64,000 nt of DNA. Source: a bacterium. Lineage in GTDB: Bacteria; Patescibacteriota; Saccharimonadia; Saccharimonadales; JAUPVS01. Both the position numbers and the translations under genes were made by a program. This document shows positions 16,590-26,494 of this stretch, piece after piece. Position 1 is the first letter of the stretch; each line of letters begins with the position of its first letter. The notes under the pieces were generated by a model, which was not told where the DNA came from, did no database searches, and saw only the letters and a program-made list of their open reading frames with translations. The stretch covers positions 162,357 through 226,356 of the forward strand of contig JAKOXV010000003.1 of assembly GCA_029780855.1 (NCBI GenBank). Direction: 5' to 3'.

Positions 16590-18347
16590 ATGGATGCAGT
16601 CGAGGAGATCAAGCAGCGGTTGTCTATAGAGGACGTGCTCAGTGAGTACGTCGAGCTAAAACGTGCCGGGCGGAACTTTAAGGCGCTCAGCCCCTTTAGT
16701 AACGAAAAAACCCCTAGCTTAATGATTAGCCCCGAAAAACAGATTTGGCACGATTTTTCATCGGGTAAGGGCGGGGATATGATCAGCTTTGTAATGGAAA
16801 TGGAGGGGCTGGACTTCAAGGGCACGCTGGAGCTATTGGCCCGCAAGGCAGGGGTAGACCTGAGCCAGTATCAGAGAAGCAGCGGCGGCAACGCCAAGCT
16901 CAAGAAGCGGCTGGAAGAAGCGCATGAGCTGGCCACAAAGTTTTACCAGACCCACCTTACGCAGAATCCGGACGCTATCAATTATGTGTTCAAAAAACGG
17001 CGCATAAACAAAGAAACGGCGTTAGCGTTCAAAATCGGCTACGCACCGAACAATGGCAGTGCACTCACAGATTTTTTGATTAAAAAAGGATTCACCGCTG
17101 ACGAACTGACAAAAGCCGGCCTCTCTACCCGTCGCTCAGGTAGGCCGAGCGATATGTTCCGCGGACGAATCATGATACCGCTAATGGATCCACAAGGTGT
17201 GGTGATTGGATTTACGGGGCGTATCTTGGCTGATGTTCCCAATGCTCCCAAGTATCTCAATACCCCGCAAACACTGCTCTATGACAAAGGTCGACACGTG
17301 TTTGGGTTGCACTTGGCCAAGGAAAAAATCCGCAAAACTAAATACGCCGTGGTAGTGGAAGGGAACATGGATGTGGTGGCGAGTCACCAGGTTGGTGTCA
17401 CTAATGTCGTTGCTACCGCAGGAACGGCCATGACGGAGCACCATTTGAAAACGTTAGCTCGGTTCGTGCATGACGTGCGATTAAGTTTTGATCAGGACAA
17501 CGCCGGTATTGCCGCAGCTGAGCGGGTGATACCCTTGGCAAGTAAAACAGGGGTTAGTTTGAGTATTATTACTATTCCAGGGGCCAAAGATCCCGATGAA
17601 CTCATCCAGGCTGATCCAAAAAAATGGCAAGCTGCTATTGAGACGCCACAGTACGCCCTAGACTGGTTGATTGATCAGTATAAAAGCCGCTTAGATCTTG
17701 ATACGGCTCCTGGAAAACGTGAGTTTAGTGACGTCATTCTGGCGGTTGTGCGGACACTGCAGGATAGCGTAGAACAAGATCACTATTTGGGTACAGTTGG
17801 AAAAATATTGGGAGTTAGCAAAGATGCTTTGGCTACCAAACTGGTCGCTAAACCGGAAACTAAACGGCTCAAGCGGCACGTAGAGCTTGCGCCGCTTGAT
17901 CCGCTCCACGCCGAAACCGTGAAGAGTGAAAACCACTTTTTGTCGCTCGTGCTCATGGTGCCTAATTTACGCCCATTCTTACAACCACTGACCGAGGAAA
18001 TGTTTGTAGAAACTCAGTCATCGGAGCTGTATGCTTTTCTTACCCAAAATCCTGAGTTTTCGGGCACCAGTAAAGAGGTGGGGGGATTGAAAAACATCGG
18101 TCAGTATTGTAAAATGTTAGCATTACTCTATGAGGAACTCTATTCCCACCTCGAGTCTATAGAGCTTCGGTACGAAGCCGCTCGATTGCAGGTGCGCTTA
18201 ATAGAACGGTACGTGAAACGTAAAAAAGGTGAACTGGCCGAAAAAATGCGCCACGCCGACGAAACAGAAACGGGTACATTATTACAAAAAGCCAAGGCGC
18301 TCGACGCCTTGCTTAAGCTTACGCAAGAAGGAGAAGTGCATGGCTAG
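16590..18347 (+). CDS. dnaG: DNA primase DnaG (zinc-binding domain with ligands substituted, TOPRIM domain intact)
   Basis: N-terminal [37 protein letters not shown] aligns to the CHC2 zinc ribbon but carries Ser/Ser/Asp/Ser at the four ligand positions. TOPRIM motif VVVEGNMD...DQDNAG is present. Confidence 0.9.
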   Translation: MDAVEEIKQRLSIEDVLSEYVELKRAGRNFKALSPFSNEKTPSLMISPEKQIWHDFSSGKGGDMISFVMEMEGLDFKGTLELLARKAGVDLSQYQRSSGGNAKLKKRLEEAHELATKFYQTHLTQNPDAINYVFKKRRINKETALAFKIGYAPNNGSALTDFLIKKGFTADELTKAGLSTRRSGRPSDMFRGRIMIPLMDPQGVVIGFTGRILADVPNAPKYLNTPQTLLYDKGRHVFGLHLAKEKIRKTKYAVVVEGNMDVVASHQVGVTNVVATAGTAMTEHHLKTLARFVHDVRLSFDQDNAGIAAAERVIPLASKTGVSLSIITIPGAKDPDELIQADPKKWQAAIETPQYALDWLIDQYKSRLDLDTAPGKREFSDVILAVVRTLQDSVEQDHYLGTVGKILGVSKDALATKLVAKPETKRLKRHVELAPLDPLHAETVKSENHFLSLVLMVPNLRPFLQPLTEEMFVETQSSELYAFLTQNPEFSGTSKEVGGLKNIGQYCKMLALLYEELYSHLESIELRYEAARLQVRLIERYVKRKKGELAEKMRHADETETGTLLQKAKALDALLKLTQEGEVHG

Positions 18348-19464
18348 AAAAGCAGTGAAGAAAGCAAACCCAAGCGATTACGATGAAATTAAAGCTAAGC
18401 TAATCGCAAAGCACAAAAAAGCGGGGAAAATTGACCAACGTGAAGTCTTTCATAGCATCCCCGACACCCCGGAGAATATCGACGTCCTAGAAGGATTTTA
18501 TGCTGAGTTAACAGAGGCAGGTATTGAACTCATTGAAGCAACTGAGCCGAACGTGGAAGATTTTAGTGATGAGTGGGTAGAAGAAGATGATGAAGAGGAA
18601 ATCGTTCTCGATGACCAAACCTACCTAGATGACATTGCCGACGACTCCGTACGCCTATATTTGCGTGAAATTGGTAAGATCCCGCTGCTTACCGCCGAAG
18701 AAGAACTGGAGCTCGCACAGCGCGTGGTAGCCGGTGAAAAGGATGCCAAAGACAAGATGGCCGAGGCAAACATGCGCTTGGTTGTTTCGATTGCAAAACG
18801 CTATGTTGGCCGTGGGCTGGACCTTTTGGATCTTATCCAAGAAGGCAACACCGGATTGCTCCGCGCCGTTGAAAAGTTCGACCCGGATAAAGGGTTTAAG
18901 TTTAGTACCTATGCGACCTGGTGGATTCGTCAGGCTATCACCCGGGCTATCGCTGACCAGGCGCGTACGATTCGTATCCCCGTGCACATGGTAGAAACCA
19001 TTAACAAATTGCTCCGGACACAGCGTCGCCTCACCCAGGAATTGAACCGTGAACCTACCAATGATGAAATCGCCAAAGCGATGGAGATTGACGTTGATAA
19101 AGTTGAGCACATCATGAAGATTAAGCAAGATATATCCTCATTGGACGCCTCGGTTCGTGATGATGAGGAAGATTCTGTACTCGGCGACTTTATTGAGGAC
19201 GAAGACACTGTAACCCCCGAAGAGGCAGCCACCGGGCAGCTACTAAAAGAGCACGTCAAGGATATGCTCGGTGCCCTGACTGAGCGTGAGCAAAAAATAC
19301 TAAAACTTCGTTTTGGGCTGGAAGATGGCAAGAGTCATACACTTGAAGAAGTGGGGCAAGAATTTAGCGTGACCCGTGAACGCATCCGCCAAATAGAAGC
19401 CAAAGCACTAGCGAAACTACGAAAGCACAAAGACGCTCGCAAGCTGCACGATTACATCAAATAA
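18340..19464 (+). CDS. rpoD: RNA polymerase sigma factor RpoD (sigma-70 family, regions 1.2-4)
   Basis: Regions 2.4/3/4 are conserved ([27 protein letters not shown]..., [18 protein letters not shown]). ATG at 18340 after RBS AAGGAGAAG overlaps the dnaG stop. Confidence 0.93.
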   Translation: MARKAVKKANPSDYDEIKAKLIAKHKKAGKIDQREVFHSIPDTPENIDVLEGFYAELTEAGIELIEATEPNVEDFSDEWVEEDDEEEIVLDDQTYLDDIADDSVRLYLREIGKIPLLTAEEELELAQRVVAGEKDAKDKMAEANMRLVVSIAKRYVGRGLDLLDLIQEGNTGLLRAVEKFDPDKGFKFSTYATWWIRQAITRAIADQARTIRIPVHMVETINKLLRTQRRLTQELNREPTNDEIAKAMEIDVDKVEHIMKIKQDISSLDASVRDDEEDSVLGDFIEDEDTVTPEEAATGQLLKEHVKDMLGALTEREQKILKLRFGLEDGKSHTLEEVGQEFSVTRERIRQIEAKALAKLRKHKDARKLHDYIK

Positions 19465-19495
19465 TCCGGCTGACTACTCTGATACAATAGGGGTC

Positions 19496-20083
19496 ATGAA
19501 GGTAATCGGACTAAGCGGGACTAACGGAGCTGGAAAAGATAGTTTGGGTGATATGCTCGCTGAACGCTACGGGTATCTGTTTGTTTCGATGACCGATATG
19601 TTGCGCGCCGAAGCCCGCAATCGCGGCGAACCGGTGGAGCGAGAAGTGCTAAGAACTATCAGTGCCGAGTGGCGGCGGGAAAATGGCCTGGGAGTGCTCG
19701 TCGATAAAGCGGTCAAATACTACGACTCTCAGAAGGGACGCTATGCGGGACTAGTGGTCGCAAGTTTGCGAAACCCCGGAGAAGCGGACCGTATTCATGA
19801 ACTAGGCGGTGTTGTGATTTGGGTAGATGCCGATCCGAAAGTTCGGTACGTTCGGATTAGCAAAAACGCCGCGGCGCGCGGTCGACTGGCCGAGGATACC
19901 AAAACGTTTGATGAGTTTATGGCGGATGAAGAAGTTGAAATGCAGCCCTCCGGGGACACTGCCACACTAGACATGAGCGGTGTTAAAGCCAAGTGTGATG
20001 TGCAGATATATAACAACGGAGATGACGTACGGCAATTTAAAGATAGCGCAGAGGCGCAGCTACAAAGGGAAGTAGGCCTATGA
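19496..20083 (+). CDS. P-loop nucleotide/nucleoside kinase family protein (dephospho-CoA kinase-like)
   Basis: Walker A GLSGTNGAGKDS and a CoaE-like layout (VIWVDADPKVRYVRI). Specific substrate not established. Confidence 0.5.
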   Translation: MKVIGLSGTNGAGKDSLGDMLAERYGYLFVSMTDMLRAEARNRGEPVEREVLRTISAEWRRENGLGVLVDKAVKYYDSQKGRYAGLVVASLRNPGEADRIHELGGVVIWVDADPKVRYVRISKNAAARGRLAEDTKTFDEFMADEEVEMQPSGDTATLDMSGVKAKCDVQIYNNGDDVRQFKDSAEAQLQREVGL

Positions 20084-21183
20084 AAACCGCACCAAAAAAC
20101 GATGTAGAAGTGTTTAAGTCAGCCATAGCCAGGTATAAGCAGCTAATTGATGACGATATCACTAATTACCTCAAACATGCTCAGAAAACTACTCTGCAAC
20201 AGTTTGGAACCCATTCCCGTGTGGCGTTTGATGCGTTTGGCTCAATTCTGGAACGTGGTGGAAAGCGGATTCGCGGCGCGCTTGTAATGCAAGGGTACGA
20301 AATGTGCGGTGGCACAAACAAACAGATGATTATTCAGGCTGCCCGAGCGGTTGAGATGATTCACGCCTACATCCTGATACTGGACGACATCCAAGATCGT
20401 TCGGTGCTTCGAAGAGGTGGTGATACTGCCCATATCCAACTGGCTAAGTATCATGCTCAAAAACAACTCGCTGATGACGCGGACCATTTTGGTGAAGCTA
20501 TCGCCATAAATGCTGCGGTGCTTGGCAACCACGCTGCTCACGCAATCCTGGCCAACCTTGATGCTGATCCTCAACTACGTACCAATGTCATAAGTATCAT
20601 GAGTCGAACCATGGTAGTAACCGCCCACGGACAGACAAACGATATCATGAATGAAGTTACCGATACGGTTACCGAAAAAGACGTGCAGAATGTTCAAGAG
20701 TGGAAGACGGCACACTACAGTATTCTTAATCCACTACATGTTGGGATGGTACTTGCAGGCGCTGATTGCCACGCTACAGATGCGGTCACGCCTTATGCGA
20801 TGCACACCGGGCTAGCCTTTCAGATAACGGATGATATCCTCGGAGTTTTCGGTACAGAACATGAAAGCGGGAAAAGTCCCATGGATGATATCCGAGAGGG
20901 AAAGCGCACATTGCTATCAACATACGCGCTTGAGCATACAGAAGCGGCCGATAAGAATTTCCTCATCCAAATGTTAGGGAACTCGCAGCTGACCAAGAGC
21001 GAATTTGGGCGGTGTAAGGAAATACTTCAATCCAGCGGCGCCTTGGCTTATTCGCAAACTGCCGCCAAACGACACATTGAACAAGCAATTGCTTCGCTAG
21101 AAGATGTCCAAAAACACTGGTCAGGAGAGGGAACACAGTTTTTGACCGGTTTGGCACAGTATTTACTAACGAGGACTAGTTGA
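20080..21183 (+). CDS. polyprenyl (isoprenyl) diphosphate synthase
   Basis: First DDxxD motif LILDDIQDRSVLRRG and second FQITDDILG. Its start overlaps the previous stop. Confidence 0.85.
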   Translation: MKTAPKNDVEVFKSAIARYKQLIDDDITNYLKHAQKTTLQQFGTHSRVAFDAFGSILERGGKRIRGALVMQGYEMCGGTNKQMIIQAARAVEMIHAYILILDDIQDRSVLRRGGDTAHIQLAKYHAQKQLADDADHFGEAIAINAAVLGNHAAHAILANLDADPQLRTNVISIMSRTMVVTAHGQTNDIMNEVTDTVTEKDVQNVQEWKTAHYSILNPLHVGMVLAGADCHATDAVTPYAMHTGLAFQITDDILGVFGTEHESGKSPMDDIREGKRTLLSTYALEHTEAADKNFLIQMLGNSQLTKSEFGRCKEILQSSGALAYSQTAAKRHIEQAIASLEDVQKHWSGEGTQFLTGLAQYLLTRTS

Positions 21184-21193
21184 AGGAGGGGTT

Positions 21194-21463
21194 GTGACTG
21201 GACCAAGGATTCCCATAGAGTCTGGCATGGATGATAGCTGGCGCGAAGAAGCTGCCTGTAATGATATGGGTCCTGAGTATTTCTATGCCGACAAAGACAG
21301 TCCGGAGTATGAATTTGCCAAGATTGTCTGTGGGAGTTGCGCAGTACGAGCTGAATGTCTAGATTTCGCCCTGGTTACCAGGGAGAAGTTCGGGATTTGG
21401 GGCGGCTATGACGAAAGAGAGCGGGGAAGAATGATCCGTCGCCGGCAAGTTTCGGCACTGTAG
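21194..21463 (+). CDS. whiB: WhiB-like (Wbl) Fe-S transcription factor
   Basis: Four Cys in the Wbl spacing (AACNDMG ... KIVCGSCAVRAEC), the G[IV]WGG turn (GIWGG) and a basic C-terminus. GTG start with RBS GAAGGAGGGG. Confidence 0.85.
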   Translation: MTGPRIPIESGMDDSWREEAACNDMGPEYFYADKDSPEYEFAKIVCGSCAVRAECLDFALVTREKFGIWGGYDERERGRMIRRRQVSAL

Positions 21464-21479
21464 CGTATACTGGTATGAG

Positions 21480-24116
21480 ATGAGTGAGGAAAAGCCGAAA
21501 AAACTGGCGATTATTGATGGTAAATCGGTATTTTACCGGGGTTACTATGCTATGCCAAATCTCGCCACCAAAGATGGTACCCCAACTGGTGGTGTGTATG
21601 GCTTTGCAACTATGGCTTTGGAGGTATTAAAGCGGCTCAAGCCCGATTATGTTTGCGTTGCCTGGGATAAGCCAAAAACTAACATCCGTAAACGTCTGGA
21701 ACTGTATCCCGAATATAAGGCCGGCCGGAAACCAGCACCGGCAGATTTTTATGAACAAATTCCGGTTCTCCATGAACTGCTGGATGCGTTCGGGTGGCCA
21801 CTGTATGAACTAGACGACTACGAGGCCGATGATATCATGGGTACATTGGCGGTGCAGGCACGGGAAAAGGGAATCGATACGGCGCTGATAACCAGTGACC
21901 TCGATTTACTCCAGGTCATCAACGGTAACGTCCACGTGTATGCACTCAAAAAAGGCCTGTCCAACATAGAATTGTATTCACCCAAGAGCTTTGAGGCTAA
22001 GTACCATATTGGCGTTGAACAATTTTTGGATATGAAAGCACTGAAAGGCGACAGCTCCGACAATATACCCGGCGTACCAGGTATAGGAGAAAAGGGCGCT
22101 ATCCAGCTGCTGCAGGAGTTCAAGACACTCGATGGCGTATACGATAACCTGGGGCTCGTCAAAGATAGCCTGAGGCGAAAACTAGAGGCCGGGAAAGACT
22201 CTGCGTATTTAAGTAAGAAATTGGCAGCCATATGGACCGATGCCCCAATCAAGCTTGACCTTAAGGCGCTGGATATTAGCCAGTGTGATCCTAACCAAAT
22301 TCACAAAATACTCCAAAAATTGGAGTTCCGTAATCTGGCTCGCCAGCTTCCTGAGGTTATGCAGGTAACAGAGGCTCACGAAAGTAGAAATGTCTACGAG
22401 CACGGCTTTAAAGGGACATACAAAATTATCAACAAAGACAGTGAACTAGCGGGTTTGGAACTGGGAGATACCGTCACGGTGGTTGGTCGCTGTGCTGGCA
22501 AACACGGCGCAGACCCTAAATATCTGGTTCTGAGTGACAAGCGGGATCGAGTGTTCACGCTTAATTTGCAATCCTTGAGTGCGGCGAGGGTGGCCAAAAC
22601 CCTGCAGCCGGTTAAAAAAATGGTTGGGTACGATGTGAAGGCTACGCTCAAGCTCCTTCTAACCCTTGGTATTAGTCTGCCGCGGGTGGAGCATGACGTA
22701 CTGGACGGAGCGTTTTTGATAAATTCCTTGCGCCGACAGCAATCACTCACCGAACTTGCCGAGGCCGATCTTGGCTACGAGGGAACTAGTCTGGATGATC
22801 TGGATGATGAGCAGTTCGTGGAGCGGGCACCAGAAGTTTTAGCCGTCATCCGGTCGCTCCATGAGCAGCAGCGTAAGGCCATGGCAGAGATTCCTAAATT
22901 ACAGCAGCTCGCAGAAACGGTTGAATGGCCGCTCATGCCAGTGCTTGCCCGTATGGAGCACACCGGAATTTTGCTCGACACCAAGTATCTACAAAACTTC
23001 GCGGGTGAAATTGAAGACGTGATTTTACATGTCGAACAACAGATTTATGGGCATGCTGATACGGATTTCAACATAGCGAGCCCCTCCCAGCTCGCCGATG
23101 TCTTGTTCACAAAACTCAATTTACCAACACAGGGCATTAAAAAAGGTAAAACAGGGTATTCTACGGCGGCGACAGAGCTCGATAAACTTAGAGGGCTGCA
23201 CCCGATTATTGATTTAATCACTCAGTACCGCGAAGTTACCAAGCTCAAAAACACCTATGTCGACACGTTACCAAAGCAGGTTGATAAAAACTCTCGCTTA
23301 CACACAACATTCAACCTGACCGTTGCACAAACGGGAAGACTGAGTAGCAATGATCCAAACCTCCAGAATATTCCCATTCGGACTGAGCTGGGCAAGCGGA
23401 TTCGCAAGGCGTTCGTTGCCGATACGGGCAACGTGTTTGTGAGCGCGGATTATAGTCAGTTTGAACTCCGCTTGGCTGCCGCACTCAGTGGCGATAAGGG
23501 CATGTTAGACGCCTTTAACGATGAGGATGGTGACATTCATACCATCACGGCAGCAGCAGTGTACGGGATTAAGCCAGAAGACGTGACAAAAGAGATGCGC
23601 TACTCTGCCAAGGCGGTGAATTTTGGCATTATGTACGGTCAGGGGCCGCACGGACTAGCCCAGGGAACGGGAATGAGTTTTGCTGATGCTAAGCAATTTA
23701 TTGATAAGTATTTTGAAATCCGTCCAAAACTTAAAGACTATATCGAGAGTTTACGAGAGAAGGCTAAAAATGACGGCTATGTAGAGACCTTGCTCGGTCG
23801 CCGCCGGCCTACGCCTGATGTACACTCATCCAATTTTGCGGTGCGCGAAGCCGCTTACCGGGCAGCAATAAATATGCCGCTGCAGGGAACAGCTGCCGAT
23901 ATCATGAAATTGGCTATGATCGCGGTTGATGAAAAGTTACAGGGTACGGGCGCCAAACAGTTACTACAGATCCATGACGCAATCTTAGCTGAATGTCCGG
24001 AAGCGGAGGCCGAAAAAGTGGGCAAAATTCTGAAAACCACTATGGAAGACATCTATAAACTTCCGGTTACTCTAAAAGTAGAGGTTTCTACCGGTAAAGA
24101 CTGGGGCGAGGTATGA
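21480..24116 (+). CDS. polA: DNA polymerase I (5'-nuclease, inactive-looking 3'-5' exo region, family A polymerase)
   Basis: Motif A DYSQFELR, motif B RYSAKAVNFGIMYG, motif C QIHDAIL, N-terminal FEN domain, 878 aa. Confidence 0.95.
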   Translation: MSEEKPKKLAIIDGKSVFYRGYYAMPNLATKDGTPTGGVYGFATMALEVLKRLKPDYVCVAWDKPKTNIRKRLELYPEYKAGRKPAPADFYEQIPVLHELLDAFGWPLYELDDYEADDIMGTLAVQAREKGIDTALITSDLDLLQVINGNVHVYALKKGLSNIELYSPKSFEAKYHIGVEQFLDMKALKGDSSDNIPGVPGIGEKGAIQLLQEFKTLDGVYDNLGLVKDSLRRKLEAGKDSAYLSKKLAAIWTDAPIKLDLKALDISQCDPNQIHKILQKLEFRNLARQLPEVMQVTEAHESRNVYEHGFKGTYKIINKDSELAGLELGDTVTVVGRCAGKHGADPKYLVLSDKRDRVFTLNLQSLSAARVAKTLQPVKKMVGYDVKATLKLLLTLGISLPRVEHDVLDGAFLINSLRRQQSLTELAEADLGYEGTSLDDLDDEQFVERAPEVLAVIRSLHEQQRKAMAEIPKLQQLAETVEWPLMPVLARMEHTGILLDTKYLQNFAGEIEDVILHVEQQIYGHADTDFNIASPSQLADVLFTKLNLPTQGIKKGKTGYSTAATELDKLRGLHPIIDLITQYREVTKLKNTYVDTLPKQVDKNSRLHTTFNLTVAQTGRLSSNDPNLQNIPIRTELGKRIRKAFVADTGNVFVSADYSQFELRLAAALSGDKGMLDAFNDEDGDIHTITAAAVYGIKPEDVTKEMRYSAKAVNFGIMYGQGPHGLAQGTGMSFADAKQFIDKYFEIRPKLKDYIESLREKAKNDGYVETLLGRRRPTPDVHSSNFAVREAAYRAAINMPLQGTAADIMKLAMIAVDEKLQGTGAKQLLQIHDAILAECPEAEAEKVGKILKTTMEDIYKLPVTLKVEVSTGKDWGEV

Positions 24117-24649
24117 GCGAGCATGCGCTAGAAATTGCTACCACGGATTACGCCAACAAACTCCGGGCCTTCATAAATAAGTTCCATTTGCCCAACGTAT
24201 GGTTTGATGAGCCGGATCATATTGCTTTTAAGGCGCGTGATTCATATGGCTACGAACGCCTGTTAAAAGGATTTGTTCCCATGTCTGAAAGTGTAAGTTA
24301 CGTAGAAATGGATGGACGTAGGTTAGCCGCCGCCAAGCTTACTGCACCGCTGGCAATCGGGACTTTCAGTTCGGTTTCGTGGGTAGAAATAATGGAGCCA
24401 CGGCCCGAGAAAGTAGGCAAGGGGTTTGTTGGCCTGGAACATATGGAGTTCTGGCACGCCGACTTCGATAAGGTAAGGAATAACCTAGACGACGCACGGA
24501 TTCCCTATACCCTACAGAGTAATCCTGGCCACGCCTGGATAAATATCGTACTTAACGAAGCTGGACAGGAACTCAAGATAAACGATCGGCCTCTGGAGTT
24601 TATTGTGGCTGAGGAAATTCGTAACGGTGAAGCCCATGTCATCCTTTAA
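24113..24649 (+). CDS. hypothetical protein, possibly VOC (glyoxalase/bleomycin-resistance) fold
   Basis: Two HIAF-like half-motifs (PDHIAFKARD and GLEHMEFWHADFD). Its start overlaps the polA stop (ATGA). Confidence 0.45.
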   Translation: MSEHALEIATTDYANKLRAFINKFHLPNVWFDEPDHIAFKARDSYGYERLLKGFVPMSESVSYVEMDGRRLAAAKLTAPLAIGTFSSVSWVEIMEPRPEKVGKGFVGLEHMEFWHADFDKVRNNLDDARIPYTLQSNPGHAWINIVLNEAGQELKINDRPLEFIVAEEIRNGEAHVIL

Positions 24650-24962
24650 TAAACTAGTTCGCGATAAGATTCCGGAAATTATTTCGGCAAACGGGAGTAA
24701 GCCGGTTACTCGGGTACTAGATGTCGATGAATATGCTGTAGAACTAGAAAGAAAAGACCGCGAAGAACATAGGGAATTTCTTGAAGCTGAAACTCGTGAA
24801 GAAAAACTAGAAGAGCTTGCTGATAGAATGGAGATCTTAAGGGCTCAGGCTGAGTTGCTAGGGTACACCCCCGATGAGCTTGAGGCGGTGCGGGCTGAAA
24901 AGGCCCAGGCGAGGGGAGGGTTTGCGATGAGAATCTACCTTGAGCGTGTAGAGGACGATTGA
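24636..24962 (+). CDS. MazG-like nucleoside triphosphate pyrophosphohydrolase (small all-alpha NTP-PPase)
   Basis: N-terminal NKLVRDKIPEII, an E..E....EELAD metal-binding pattern and C-terminal ARGGFAMRIYLE, typical of the small MazG-like family. Confidence 0.7.
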   Translation: MSSFNKLVRDKIPEIISANGSKPVTRVLDVDEYAVELERKDREEHREFLEAETREEKLEELADRMEILRAQAELLGYTPDELEAVRAEKAQARGGFAMRIYLERVEDD

Positions 24963-24980
24963 GTTTAGTACAATAGAAGC

Positions 24981-25772
24981 ATGACAGAACAGTGGAGGGG
25001 TAAAGGGGAATTTTTAGACGCGCCTATGCTTTATATTCCCTCCGAAAGACTAACTAACATTGAACAACGTCTTGGGCCTTACGGCCCCGGTGTGTTCCAT
25101 ATTCCGGAGGCCTTAACTCCTCAGGCCGCCGATGAGTTGCTGGCTGAAGCGGCAGCCCTAAAATGGCGTGACGCTGGTGAGGACTACTACAACATCCGTG
25201 GAGTTCATGTGATCCAAAACCATGAGGTTTACGCCCTAAAGTTACTCCAGGGCGATGCTGCTTTTGTGGATGCCTTGCCAAAGATGAAGCAGTTGGCGCT
25301 TGAGACTGAAGCGTTCATACAGAGTTTGGGTACTCACTTTGCGTCGCTGAGTACGTGGGTTGCAGATGAAATGTCGTACCACCAGTATTACGATGCCGAG
25401 AAAGGTCTGACTCCTCACAAGGATAACAAGCGCTTTCCTGGCGTGGTGGTTGTGATTACCATCGATGGATCGAGTGACTTTGAAATTGTGAGTAGAGAAC
25501 CAAAATCATACAAGATTGACCCGGTGACCGGAAATGAAATCGTCGATGAGTGGACCTGGTTCAGTACGTACCGCGTACCGGTTAGCCCTGGCAGCATGGC
25601 GATTATGCGTGCACCTGGGCTTTTTGCGGAGGCTCCCGGTGAAGATTGGCGACCAGAACACGCCGTAATGAATGTGGCCAATGCGCACCGTACCGCCTTC
25701 TTGCTACGAGCAAACAGCCGGCCAAACGAACAGAGCGGCGGGTTTGTCTACGAGAATTGGCCGGTAGAGTAA
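24981..25772 (+). CDS. hypothetical protein, paralog A, putative double-stranded beta-helix (2OG/Fe(II) oxygenase-like) fold
   Basis: HKD ... H ... R arrangement (TPHKDNKRF ... PEHAV ... RTAFLLR). Clear paralogy to the next ORF (MRAPGL, ENWP/DNWP). Confidence 0.5.
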   Translation: MTEQWRGKGEFLDAPMLYIPSERLTNIEQRLGPYGPGVFHIPEALTPQAADELLAEAAALKWRDAGEDYYNIRGVHVIQNHEVYALKLLQGDAAFVDALPKMKQLALETEAFIQSLGTHFASLSTWVADEMSYHQYYDAEKGLTPHKDNKRFPGVVVVITIDGSSDFEIVSREPKSYKIDPVTGNEIVDEWTWFSTYRVPVSPGSMAIMRAPGLFAEAPGEDWRPEHAVMNVANAHRTAFLLRANSRPNEQSGGFVYENWPVE

Positions 25773-25816
25773 CTGCTTTTGTTTAAACGGTAAGTTTTTG
25801 GGTATATTGAAGTGTA

Positions 25817-26494
25817 ATGAATGTGCAAATGCATCCAAACATCACTGAGGTTGCCTCACTCGGACCGGAAGGACCGGGTGTTATGTTGTCTCGAGGTCTT
25901 GTGGCGCCAGAACTTACTGCGTCGCTGGCAGATGAGTTAGCGAACAGCCAACGTTGGGAACAGCCCATAGAGTACTTTCAGAAACGTCCCAATGTGCTAC
26001 AAAATTATGAAAAAATTGCGTTAATCCTTTCTCACGGAAACCAAGCGGTGATCGATGCGGAACTGCCTTCTTTGCGTACGCTCGTAAAAACGGTTGGGGC
26101 GTTTGCGCTAGAAATGGCTGATACGTTTCCGGCGTTGTCAGACTATCAAATAAATGATGTCGACTGTCACCGTTACAACGGTGATGGCGGAGTGCTGGGT
26201 ATGCACAAGGATTATCCAAGAAACACAAAGCTTATCGCTATCTACACAGCTGAAGGGTCGGGCATATTTCACTATGAACATGGTGGCCGGGACACCGGGA
26301 TAACGGTTGAGAGCGGGGACGTGCTATTCATGAGGGCTCCCGGACTTTACGATTTGGTAACTGATATTCGGCCGCTGCATGGAGCTACACCTGGCGAAAA
26401 CGGGAGGAAGTGTGTGGTGCTCCGGGAAGACCGCAACCCCGCGGCGACAAGGCCGTACGAGGGTTACTATGATAATTGGCCAAAAAAGGATTAA
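25817..26494 (+). CDS. hypothetical protein, paralog B of the previous ORF, putative DSBH fold
   Basis: GMHKDYPRN ... RPLHGATPG ... RKCVVLR with shared blocks MRAPGLYDL and YYDNWP. Confidence 0.5.
   Translation: MNVQMHPNITEVASLGPEGPGVMLSRGLVAPELTASLADELANSQRWEQPIEYFQKRPNVLQNYEKIALILSHGNQAVIDAELPSLRTLVKTVGAFALEMADTFPALSDYQINDVDCHRYNGDGGVLGMHKDYPRNTKLIAIYTAEGSGIFHYEHGGRDTGITVESGDVLFMRAPGLYDLVTDIRPLHGATPGENGRKCVVLREDRNPAATRPYEGYYDNWPKKD

Noticed and set aside
21480-24962. Possibility that polA + MazG-like form a phage-type Z-genome (PurZ/MazZ/DpoZ) or other hypermodified-base module
   Set aside because: No PurZ (adenylosuccinate synthetase-like) gene is present. The polA is a full three-domain housekeeping Pol I with a FEN domain, and the genes sit in a core chromosomal context. 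This is kept only as a generic nucleotide-pool hypothesis.
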